This document shows, piece after piece, positions 14,810 to 22,644 of a DNA stretch of 24,000 nt. The stretch's first letter is position 1, and each line of letters begins with the position of its first letter. The notes beneath the pieces are model-generated. The model did not search any database. It was not told where the DNA came from and was given only the letters and a program-made list of their open reading frames with translations. The stretch spans positions 16,021-40,020 of the forward strand of contig CAMBEP010000032.1 in the NCBI GenBank assembly GCA_945865635.1. The letters are read 5' to 3'. The position numbers and the translations under genes were made by a program. Source of the DNA: Candidatus Kuenenia stuttgartensis (GTDB lineage Bacteria > Planctomycetota > Planctomycetia > Isosphaerales > Isosphaeraceae).

Positions 14810-17317
14810 GTGCTTTACGGGAATTTGCCGATTTATTCGAATAATGCAATTCCGACATCCGCTTCAAAGACACTTAATTTTGCAGCCGCCTATCAATATA
14901 CGCTGAGCGATGGCACGGTGTTGCCAGCACAATTTCCGGCACCTACGATTAAGCTCAAGCAGGGCGACACACTTTCTTTGAAGATCAGCAACAGTCTGGG
15001 CGATCCCAACACCGCTCCGATGCCGCCGATTGAGGCATTGCCTACGAATTTTCACACACATGGCTTACTTGTCAGCCCATTGGGCAACGGCGACAATGTT
15101 TACCGGGCGATGAACCCGGATGGAACTTATCAGACAACCATTAACGTGCCTGATTATCAACCATCGGGTGTTGACTGGTATCATGTGCACAAACATGGTT
15201 ATTCGGCGGATCAGGTTTATGCAGGCTTGGCTGGGGTCATGCAGATTGGCGACCCATTGGACGCCTGGCCACAATATCTAGGCAAATACGACGAGAAGAT
15301 CCTTTCGCTCAGTCTTGGCCTAAAAATAACCGGAATGAATGCAAGTGGAAATCCGGTTCCCGGTTCATTGATGCTTGCCAAGCCAAACCAGACAAATGCA
15401 GAGACCTCCTATGGCAAGAATTGGCAAGTCTTTGTGAATGGCCAATTCAATCCGACGATGACAATGCAGCCAGGCGAGACGCAAATCTGGACACTGGCGG
15501 CCACCACACGCAATGGCTCATTCAATTTTGGAATTACGGACGAGAATGGTCAAAACCCATGGCAATCGACCATTCTCGGTTATGACGGCAATGACCAGGA
15601 TTCAATTCCGAGAGTTTACACACAAGTCTTGCCTACGGGATATGTCAAAAACGGCCTAATGGCGCTTGACTCTGGTGGTCGGCTGACTGTGGCTGTGACA
15701 GCCCCCACGACACCTGACACTTACTATCTAGTGAATAACCTTTTGATTCAACAAATACCTACGACTGGTAAACCGAATGCATTAATGACTATTGTGGTTG
15801 CGGGGGCGACTTCACCAAAGCCCGTGCCTGTATTTGGTCCGAACGGAGTTGTGCCCGACCTTTACACGGCCATTGCCGACCAGAAGCGCACGTTTAATTT
15901 TAATATTGAACCTGGCAACCGGTTCACGATCAATGGCTACACGTTTCCGAATGGCCCCATTGTTTCCATTCAGGCTGGAGAGGTGGAAGAGTGGCTGTTG
16001 ACCAATACGTCAGCAAACGACCACCCATTTCATATTCATCAGACTGATTTTGCAGTGATCTCAATCAATGGCCAGAAAGTTGATGTCAATGGCAAGGGAA
16101 CTTACCCATACGTTTCCATGCGCGACACCATAAATATACCAGCCGGCGGCAATGTGGTCATCCGCTTTCGAGTGAATCCCATTCCAGGTAAATTTGTATT
16201 TCATTGCCATATTTTGCCACACGAAGACCAAGGCATGATGATGTCTGTGATTGCCGGCCCAAATGCCGATGAGCTTCGAGAGGCATTGGGTGCCGGGCCT
16301 GGCGAAGGTGGTGGAGTCCTGGTTCAGGGCGGCTATGGCCAACTGCTTGGCAGACTCAACCCGCTGCCAAAAAATTGGCAGGGCGGAGTCGCCACAGCCA
16401 CTGGCAACCTGAATGCCGACATGGTTCAGGAGATTGTGGCCGGGCCAGCTTCGCGCGGTACAAAAAGCACTGTGACAATTTATAACGGCAAGGATCTATC
16501 GGTCATCAAGAAATTCAACCCATTCCCTGAATACCCGGCATCGGGTGTCAGTCTGGCCATTGGCGATATTGATCACGATGGAGTGGGCGAGATCATTGTT
16601 GGTCGGGTCGGGCCAGGGCCAAGCCTTGTTCGAATCTTTCATGCCGATGGTTCGCTTTATCTTCAGCTAAAAGGAACTTTGCCCGGAAATTATCCGAACG
16701 GCGTAAATGTCGCCTCAGCCGACTTCAACGGCGATAATTACGACGACCTCGCCATCGGTGCGGGTAAAGGAGAAAAACCGATTGTCGTCGGCCTGGACGG
16801 ATTCAGCCTGGGCCTGCCTGAAGGTGCAATTGAAGTAAAACTATTTGATTTCATTGCGCCAGGCGGGGGCAGATCCGGCGTAAATCTTGGGGCCGGATAT
16901 TTTGATCCATCCACAGTGCCAAGTTATCTGGCAAACCTGATCACGACACCCCCTTCCGGCCCTAAAAATGGCAATGTGTCGGTCTGGAATGTGCAGCCGA
17001 GCCTTGCAGGGATGGGAAACAGCATGGCAGGCATGGCCGGAATGTCGGGCGATCCGGTTTCCAATCAAGCCCAATTACCGCCACCAGGATTGATGGCCAC
17101 TTTGACCCCTTTCGGTAAACAAAGAACACCAAGAGGCTTACAGCTTACCACGACCCGACTCTCTAAGGATGGCATCGCTGCCGTGGGCGCGTGGTGGTCT
17201 GCCCACAATCCTGTTTATCAGTCGATCAGCCTGAGCGGCCTTGTTTCAACCATTTCAACACCAACTCCAAGGGGCCCGGTGGTAAAGAGTTTGAAGTCAA
17301 GTAAAGGCTTGAAATGA
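14810..17317 (+). CDS. Multicopper oxidase (three cupredoxin domains) fused to C-terminal FG-GAP/VCBS-type repeats and a Met-rich segment
   Basis: All four Cu-ligand motifs are present: FHTHGL, WYHVHKHG, HPFHIHQTDF, HCHILPHEDQGMM. The C-terminal third carries GDIDHDGVGEIIVG and ADFNGDNYDDLAIGAG (FG-GAP-like), then GMGNSMAGMAGMSG. The listed start is GTG. No signal peptide exists unless the upstream fragment is joined. Confidence 0.9.
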   Translation: MLYGNLPIYSNNAIPTSASKTLNFAAAYQYTLSDGTVLPAQFPAPTIKLKQGDTLSLKISNSLGDPNTAPMPPIEALPTNFHTHGLLVSPLGNGDNVYRAMNPDGTYQTTINVPDYQPSGVDWYHVHKHGYSADQVYAGLAGVMQIGDPLDAWPQYLGKYDEKILSLSLGLKITGMNASGNPVPGSLMLAKPNQTNAETSYGKNWQVFVNGQFNPTMTMQPGETQIWTLAATTRNGSFNFGITDENGQNPWQSTILGYDGNDQDSIPRVYTQVLPTGYVKNGLMALDSGGRLTVAVTAPTTPDTYYLVNNLLIQQIPTTGKPNALMTIVVAGATSPKPVPVFGPNGVVPDLYTAIADQKRTFNFNIEPGNRFTINGYTFPNGPIVSIQAGEVEEWLLTNTSANDHPFHIHQTDFAVISINGQKVDVNGKGTYPYVSMRDTINIPAGGNVVIRFRVNPIPGKFVFHCHILPHEDQGMMMSVIAGPNADELREALGAGPGEGGGVLVQGGYGQLLGRLNPLPKNWQGGVATATGNLNADMVQEIVAGPASRGTKSTVTIYNGKDLSVIKKFNPFPEYPASGVSLAIGDIDHDGVGEIIVGRVGPGPSLVRIFHADGSLYLQLKGTLPGNYPNGVNVASADFNGDNYDDLAIGAGKGEKPIVVGLDGFSLGLPEGAIEVKLFDFIAPGGGRSGVNLGAGYFDPSTVPSYLANLITTPPSGPKNGNVSVWNVQPSLAGMGNSMAGMAGMSGDPVSNQAQLPPPGLMATLTPFGKQRTPRGLQLTTTRLSKDGIAAVGAWWSAHNPVYQSISLSGLVSTISTPTPRGPVVKSLKSSKGLK

Positions 17318-17372
17318 ATTTGCCTGGCTCTGGCTCACTGATTTAAAAATCAGCATATCTTGATCAAAAAAG

Positions 17373-17405
17373 CTGGGCGAGTTTCACCCTCGCCTGGTTT
17401 TTTTT
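17373..17405 (+). terminator. Rho-independent terminator of the multicopper-oxidase gene
   Basis: ctgggcgag-tttcacc-ctcgcctgg forms a 9-bp stem (two G-U pairs) followed by T8 at 17398-17405. It is preceded by A6 and begins 56 nt after the stop at 17317. Confidence 0.75.
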
Positions 17406-17641
17406 GCCCCGTTCCTCCTGGGCGATCACCAGTTCGTGGCAATTTTTGGTGGTTATGCCAGAAGATAAAGCGGCTGTTTTTTATCTAAGGTTGAGAGGTG
17501 GGATTTTATTTCGTCGGATTGCATTTGAAATCAAATGCTGATTTTGATTAGAAAACAAAAGCATGAAGAAAAGGGGGCATGCTAAAATGCCATTAATTTA
17601 AGATGTAAAAACTTAAAAATGACTTATCACTGATTCGTTGG

Positions 17642-17876
17642 TCGTCCGGAATGAATACTGAGTCAGGCTTCGTACTGTAGCCGGAGGCTTCATAGCCTGT
17701 AGCCGGTGGTTGAAGAGCGCAAGCGACGACACCACCGGATCGCGATGCGACAGTTGATGTTGCACCCCAGCAGGGGTGCCAGCCAATTCTCCAGTTATAT
17801 ATTCGGTGGTATCGCTACGCTCAACCACCGGCTACAAGCTTATGATGCATCCGGTATCGTCCGGAATCGGATGCAT
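17642..17876. repeat. Composite palindromic repeat element (hairpin cluster with a 16-nt inverted repeat and an 11-nt flanking direct repeat)
   Basis: Direct repeat TCGTCCGGAAT at 17642-17652 and 17857-17867. CTGTAGCCGG occurs at 17675-17684 and 17697-17706. A perfect inverted repeat pairs TGTAGCCGGTGGTTGA (17698-17713) with TCAACCACCGGCTACA (17821-17836). Local hairpins: 17703-17738 (8 bp), 17762-17779 (7 bp, loop AGCA), 17804-17830 (7 bp), 17845-17876 (9 bp). Confidence 0.75.
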
Positions 17877-17965
17877 TAACGATTCGAAATTGTCTTAAAT
17901 CATTGTGTTATAAAAGTTTGTGCTTAACTTAATGGTATTTCAGAATGCCCCTTTTACCGCCATAG

Positions 17966-19066
17966 TCATAGCCCCAGCGCTGCCAGCCCCGGTTTTAGTG
18001 CCGCTTCGAGTTTTGACATGGTCTCGACCATCTCCGACTGGATCGCTGGCCAGTCTGTCTCGGGACTCCGGTAGCCGCCGCGTTCGATGACATGTTTGAT
18101 CCGGCAGGCCCGCTTGTTGTCGAGCCGCTCCCACGAAAGCGTTCCGCCAAACGCTTCCTCAATCCCATCTTTGCGGGCATGAAGCCGGTCAAAGATGCGT
18201 TTGTTTTCCAATGCGTCGCCACGGTCGATATAAAGTTCGGCAAGGCCGTATTCCTGGACGATCACGTAGTTGAAGCCTAGGCCCCGGGTTCCCGAGCTTG
18301 CGCCTAGCCAGTGATACGCTCCCGGTTTGATGTTGGCGTGGCGGGTGTGCCGGTTGCGAGCGATGGCGATCAACCCTTCCCAGAATTTCAGGCGCACATC
18401 GTATCGTTCCGCCCGCTTCTTGCGGCCCACCTGCTCCTTCTCCCGAAGCTGCACTTGATACTCGTTTGCTTCGGGGAGGGGGATGATCTGCTGGACATCG
18501 ATGAGCCGCTTTTCGCCGTTTAGGTAGGGGCACAGCCGCACGCACCGGATATCGATGTCCCGCTCGCGCAGCCAGAGTACGGCCGTGGTGAGTTCCTTGC
18601 CAAAATCTCCTGATACCAGCACGATACGCACATCGGGTGCGAACAATTCTTCGTCGGGCTCTTCCCACCCCAGAAAGGTGAGCATGCGTGTGCGGGCCTC
18701 TTCCGCCGCCTCGCCTATACGGGTCAGAAACTCTCCGTGGATTTGCTCGGCCCGCTCAAATGTCATCGCCGAAACCATGCTGGCGTAGCGAATGGCCTGA
18801 AGTTCCATGTGCCCGCCGTCGTTGGTTCGCTTTAATTCAATCACGACGAGGTTGGCCAGCAGGTCGATGGCCAGCAGGTCGATCCTACAGCGGCTGTCGT
18901 TCCAATCGCCGAACTCCTCGGTGAGCACATAGAGATCGTCGCCCAGCACGTTGATCTGTGTACGCAGCAGCCGTTGGAGGTCATCGCGCTCACGCACCTT
19001 CATATCGGCAAACGACGCTTGAGTGAGCGGCCGGAAGGCATCGGGAGTCATTTCGTAAAGTGGCAT
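17966..19066 (-). CDS. NucS/DUF91-like PD-(D/E)xK nuclease domain fused to a C-terminal DUF4268 domain
   Basis: 366 aa. The N-terminal half has RIDLLAIDLLANLVVIELKRTNDGGHMELQAIRYASMV, the NucS-type nuclease core. The C-terminal half (RLKFWEGLIAIA...GAYHWLGASSG...AELYIDRGDALENKRIFDRL...IEEAFGGTLSWERLDNKRACRI) matches the DUF4268 pattern from memory. Confidence 0.8.
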   Translation of the reverse strand: MPLYEMTPDAFRPLTQASFADMKVRERDDLQRLLRTQINVLGDDLYVLTEEFGDWNDSRCRIDLLAIDLLANLVVIELKRTNDGGHMELQAIRYASMVSAMTFERAEQIHGEFLTRIGEAAEEARTRMLTFLGWEEPDEELFAPDVRIVLVSGDFGKELTTAVLWLRERDIDIRCVRLCPYLNGEKRLIDVQQIIPLPEANEYQVQLREKEQVGRKKRAERYDVRLKFWEGLIAIARNRHTRHANIKPGAYHWLGASSGTRGLGFNYVIVQEYGLAELYIDRGDALENKRIFDRLHARKDGIEEAFGGTLSWERLDNKRACRIKHVIERGGYRSPETDWPAIQSEMVETMSKLEAALKPGLAALGL

Positions 19067-19391
19067 GTTGTGCGTCCTGATTTATGATTTTGATGGTCGG
19101 CTGCGACGGCCATGCGAAAAAGGGGTCAGCAAAAAAGGACTATTCCACGCCTGTTCGGTACCGGGTTTGCAATGTGGCCTTGAAGGTTGTTTCTTGAAGT
19201 AATCCTTTGCATCGTGAAACACCTCGGCCCACACGTTACCACGATTAAGCTCATCTTAGCAGTATTCAGCGGCTGAAGCTCTGGAAGTTCTTGACATAAA
19301 TCAATTTCGCACAAAAACGGGCGACAATTCAATGAGAAAAGCAGAATGATCCGAATGCCCCTTTCTCTTCGATGGCGGATTCAGGCCGGTA

Positions 19392-20477
19392 CTAAATGGG
19401 CAATTTCCAGTCCGAGACATTTGCGGACAATGTGGCTGCATCGAGCTTCTTTCGCGACGCTCCCAATTCCCAAGGCGAAGGTCCCACAAATTCGCTTTTG
19501 ACTCCTTCGATCTGCATGAAACCATGCTGCCGATCAAGAGTCACCAGCGCGAAGAGCGAATCTTTATAGGGCACGGTGTATTTGATGTCAGGATGTTTTT
19601 TCATGATCTCCGGAGCATATCTGTTGTGGATAAACTCCGCTCCCAGCCAGTGGTAGGACATGCTATTGATCTGCGGGTAAATGATGCCATGGATCTGCTG
19701 CACGTAGTCTCGATGATGATGGCCGGAAAAACAGGCAATGACCTTGCCTTGCCCGGTTTTGAGCTTGGGTTGTTCCAGAATCGATCGGATCGAGGCCTGG
19801 TTGGCCACGCTCGCACCTTCACGTTCCAGGCCTTGATGAATGAAGACGACGGTGGGCCGTTGTGTGGCTTCCAGATCCTGACGCAACCAGTCTGCCTGTT
19901 CGTCGAGTACATATCGGTAATAGGGGGTTTGCCCAGGCCCCTTCTCGTTGCCGTCCAAAACGATGAAATGAATGCCATGCACATCGAATGAATCGTAGCG
20001 TTTTTTCATTCCCAGAAATGCCATCGTCTCTTCCGGAGTGAAGGCATATGCCTTGTCTGGTCGAATTTTGCCATCCCCGTCCATGTCGTGGTTGCCCAGA
20101 ACATGATGACGAGGACCGTCAAACCGATTCCAGATCTCCAGAAAGCCCTGATTCTCAGGAATCGGTATGCAGAAGTCTCCCAATTGAATGACAAAATCGG
20201 GTTTTAACTTGTTCATCCGGTCGACAAAAACACCCAGTCTTTCATCCGCATCGTGCATGACATCTTTGTGGACATCGGTCATCACACCGAATCGCACGGG
20301 ACGATCCGCTTCGTTGACCTGCTGCGGCTCAGCCAGGCAAGCGAGTTGCGGTATCATGAACATGGACGTGCTGCATGCCGCAGCACTGCTCTGTAGGAAT
20401 CTTCGGCGGGCGTTCATGGATTTCTTCATGACTTGTTCTGAGGGAGATGGTTCGATTTGAGATGTGTTCGGTTTCAT
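19392..20477 (-). CDS. Calcineurin-like metallophosphoesterase with a twin-arginine (Tat) signal
   Basis: 361 aa. MNARRRFLQSSAAACS is a Tat motif. Phosphoesterase motifs: DVH, GDFCIP, GNHDMDG, HFIVLDG, GHHHRD. The start could be ATG 20477, 20429 or 20417. Confidence 0.85.
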   Translation of the reverse strand: MKPNTSQIEPSPSEQVMKKSMNARRRFLQSSAAACSTSMFMIPQLACLAEPQQVNEADRPVRFGVMTDVHKDVMHDADERLGVFVDRMNKLKPDFVIQLGDFCIPIPENQGFLEIWNRFDGPRHHVLGNHDMDGDGKIRPDKAYAFTPEETMAFLGMKKRYDSFDVHGIHFIVLDGNEKGPGQTPYYRYVLDEQADWLRQDLEATQRPTVVFIHQGLEREGASVANQASIRSILEQPKLKTGQGKVIACFSGHHHRDYVQQIHGIIYPQINSMSYHWLGAEFIHNRYAPEIMKKHPDIKYTVPYKDSLFALVTLDRQHGFMQIEGVKSEFVGPSPWELGASRKKLDAATLSANVSDWKLPI

Positions 20478-20818
20478 GACGGCTCCTTTTGTTTTGTTTG
20501 GTTTTTTATCGTTTGATTGATGCGGGTTTTAAGTCGGCTGAACATCCAAAGGAAAAGTCGAGAGAGAGGATCAACGAGTTTGTCTGCATACTATTTAATC
20601 GACTTTCGAACCATTTGCAATGTAAGGCATTTTGTATTGTTCCAAAACCTGTATTTGAGCATCAGCATGGGGGCGACGCGTTTGGGAGCAAGGCCGTTAC
20701 CTTCTTGACTTGAAATCCAAAGAGGAATGCCTGGCTTCGTAAAAAAGTTTCATCGCCCTGCACTTCCTGTTGGTTATACTCCAAGCTATCGTTCGAGAAA
20801 AAAAAGGAGAGACCAAAG

Positions 20819-21973
20819 GTGATGGACTGGCTTGATGAGGCTTTGGGCGACCGCCGTGACCGTTCGCTCATGCGGCAACTGAGGGTCAGGCCAGTGGAGC
20901 GGGCCCGCGACTTTTCGTCGAACGATTACCTGGCTCTCAGGCATGATCCGCGATTGCATCAGGCGGGATTGGAGGCGGCCGGGGAATATGGGGCCGGGGC
21001 AGGATCAAGCCCTGCCGTGAGCGGCTGGACAAAGGCCCACGAGGCGCTCGCTTGCGAATTGACAGACTGGAAGTCGGCCGAGGCGGCCCTGCTCTTCACC
21101 TCTGGCTATGTTGCCAATCTTTCGACTGTGGCGGCCTTGGTGGGGGTGGGCGATGTGGTTTATGCCGACAGGCTTTCGCATGCATGTCTGATCGATGGCG
21201 CCAAGCTTTCAGGGGCTTTGCTGAGGGTCTTTCCGCACAATGATTCGAACCGTCTGGAATCGGCCATGAATCGCGATAAAGGTCGATATCGGCGACGATT
21301 GATCCTTACGGAGTCCGTTTTCAGTATGGATGGGGATCTTGCGCCGCTGAGGGATTTGGCGGATCTTGCCCAGCGGTTTGAGTCAATGCTTGCTGTGGAT
21401 GAAGCGCATGCGACCGGAGTTTTCCCGATCGATGGCAATGGTGCCGGTCTGGTGGAATCGCTTGATCTGGCCAGCCGGCCATTCCTGATTCGAATGGGAA
21501 CTTTGAGCAAGTCGATTGGGGTTCAGGGTGGGTATGTTGTGGGGTCACAAAAGTTGATCGACTGGCTGATTCAATCGGCCCGGGGCTGGATTTATTCCAC
21601 GGCCATATCGCCTTATCTGGCAGGTGCGGCGACCCGTTCGATCCAGATCATCCGCCAGGAACGCTGGCGTGGCATGCATGTCGTTCAGGCGGCGGGTGTT
21701 CTGCGTCAGGAACTGCTTTCGCGGGGGTGGCATGTATACTTGGGAGAATCGCCGATTGTGCCACTGATGCTGGGCCATGCAGAACTTGCCCTGAAGCTTG
21801 GCCAAGAGCTTGAGCACGCGGGGTTTGCCGTGGGCGTGATCCGCCCTCCAACGGTGCCCAGAAACACGGCCCGTCTGCGGATGAGTGTGCATGCCGACCA
21901 CTCGGTGGAGATGATCAGGGCTTTGGTTGAAGCCTTGGGGCCTAGTGATTTGGTGAGAAATACGGTAAATTAG
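20819..21973 (+). CDS. bioF: 8-amino-7-oxononanoate synthase
   Basis: Motifs: SNDYLAL, ESVFSMDGD, VDEAHATGV and the PLP-lysine block GTLSKSIG. GTG is at 20819 and ATG at 20822. AAGGAG at 20804-20809 serves as a Shine-Dalgarno sequence. Confidence 0.92.
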   Translation: MMDWLDEALGDRRDRSLMRQLRVRPVERARDFSSNDYLALRHDPRLHQAGLEAAGEYGAGAGSSPAVSGWTKAHEALACELTDWKSAEAALLFTSGYVANLSTVAALVGVGDVVYADRLSHACLIDGAKLSGALLRVFPHNDSNRLESAMNRDKGRYRRRLILTESVFSMDGDLAPLRDLADLAQRFESMLAVDEAHATGVFPIDGNGAGLVESLDLASRPFLIRMGTLSKSIGVQGGYVVGSQKLIDWLIQSARGWIYSTAISPYLAGAATRSIQIIRQERWRGMHVVQAAGVLRQELLSRGWHVYLGESPIVPLMLGHAELALKLGQELEHAGFAVGVIRPPTVPRNTARLRMSVHADHSVEMIRALVEALGPSDLVRNTVN

Positions 21974-22029
21974 GGGCAAGTCAGAACACTTTTCAAGATC
22001 GGAATAAAGCGTCGTAAGTCCAGAGACAA

Positions 22030-22554
22030 ATGAATCCTCCCAAGCAAACACCAAGTCCTCGCGTGGCCGTCTTTACAGGCACATTTGATCCGCTGACACT
22101 GGGGCACCTGGATGTCATCAAGCGGGGGCGTCTGTTGTTTGACAAGCTGATTGTCGGGATCGGTATCAACCCAAGCAAGCAGCTTATGTTTTCTGTGGAA
22201 GAGCGGGTTGCTCTGGCCCGTCAGGTGGTGGCCGGGTTTGATAATGTTGCGGTGGAAGCCTTTGAAGGGCTGGCTGTGCAATATGTCCGAAGTATTGGTG
22301 CTGGAGTGATTTTACGCGGTGTGCGGACACTTTCCGACATGGAATATGAATTTGCCATGTCGCTGACCAACCAGCGTCTCGACCCCGGTGTCGAGACTGT
22401 CTTCTTGATGGCCGATGGCGAATACTCCCACGTATCAAGTTCATTGATTCGCCAGATTGCCACCTTTGGAGGCTGTGAATCGCTCGGGCTTTTCGTGCCC
22501 GAGATTTGTGTCCAGCCGATCCTGGAAAAATCCGGGCACATCAATCGATCGTAA
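22030..22554 (+). CDS. coaD: Pantetheine-phosphate adenylyltransferase
   Basis: 174 aa. Motifs: AVFTGTFDPLTLGHLDVIKRG (T/HxGH nucleotidyltransferase motif) and HVSSSLIRQ. Length is typical for the family. Confidence 0.92.
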   Translation: MNPPKQTPSPRVAVFTGTFDPLTLGHLDVIKRGRLLFDKLIVGIGINPSKQLMFSVEERVALARQVVAGFDNVAVEAFEGLAVQYVRSIGAGVILRGVRTLSDMEYEFAMSLTNQRLDPGVETVFLMADGEYSHVSSSLIRQIATFGGCESLGLFVPEICVQPILEKSGHINRS

Positions 22555-22619
22555 ACGACCATCAATTGCGAGGATTGAGACCCGTTTTCTGCGCATTTTC
22601 ACAAGGGTCTGAAGGCTTT

Positions 22620-22644
22620 CCCCACCGCAACAGGGTGGGTTTAT
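22620..22644 (+). terminator. Weak terminator-like hairpin after coaD
   Basis: cccacc-gcaacag-ggtggg forms a 6-bp GC stem followed by TTTAT. It overlaps the trpE stop on the opposite strand. The stem is short and the U-tract poor. Confidence 0.3.

Noticed and set aside
14776-14813. Idea that a 19-nt tandem duplication created the TAG in the MCO gene
   Set aside because: Deleting one 19-nt copy by hand (14776-14794) puts the downstream oxidase out of frame, with a stop after ~35 codons. A simple duplication therefore cannot be the cause, and a point substitution is simpler. The repeat is recorded only as context.
17521-17538. Perfect palindromes GCATTTGA-AA-TCAAATGC (17521-17538) and ATGGCA-GAT-TGCCAT (122-136) as operator sites
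   Set aside because: Palindromes of 6-8 bp arms with free spacer length are expected several times by chance in 24 kb. Neither is repeated and neither has a positional link to a start site that I can show.
17613-17828. 71-aa minus-strand ORF across the palindromic repeat
   Set aside because: It is a translation of the hairpin/inverted-repeat element. The open frame is better explained by the repeat structure than by coding.
17966-19066. Impression that the nuclease gene is a high-GC island
   Set aside because: My counts on three 60-nt lines inside the gene gave 52-65% GC. A line in bioB gave 62% and one in the ketosynthase gave 58%, so there is no clear anomaly.
17943-19364. 12-nt direct repeat GAATGCCCCTTT (17943-17954 and 19353-19364) as att-like ends of a cassette
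   Set aside because: About 17 random exact 12-mer direct repeats are expected among all position pairs of a 24-kb window. It is not significant on its own and is kept only as a side note.
20478-20818. BirA operator or sigma-70 promoter upstream of bioF (TTGACT near 20706, TATACT near 20775, TGTATT direct repeat near 20633-20656)
   Set aside because: The hexamers are not at compatible spacing, no inverted repeat resembling a bio operator is present, and planctomycete promoter consensus is poorly defined. Only the AAGGAG Shine-Dalgarno sequence is convincing.
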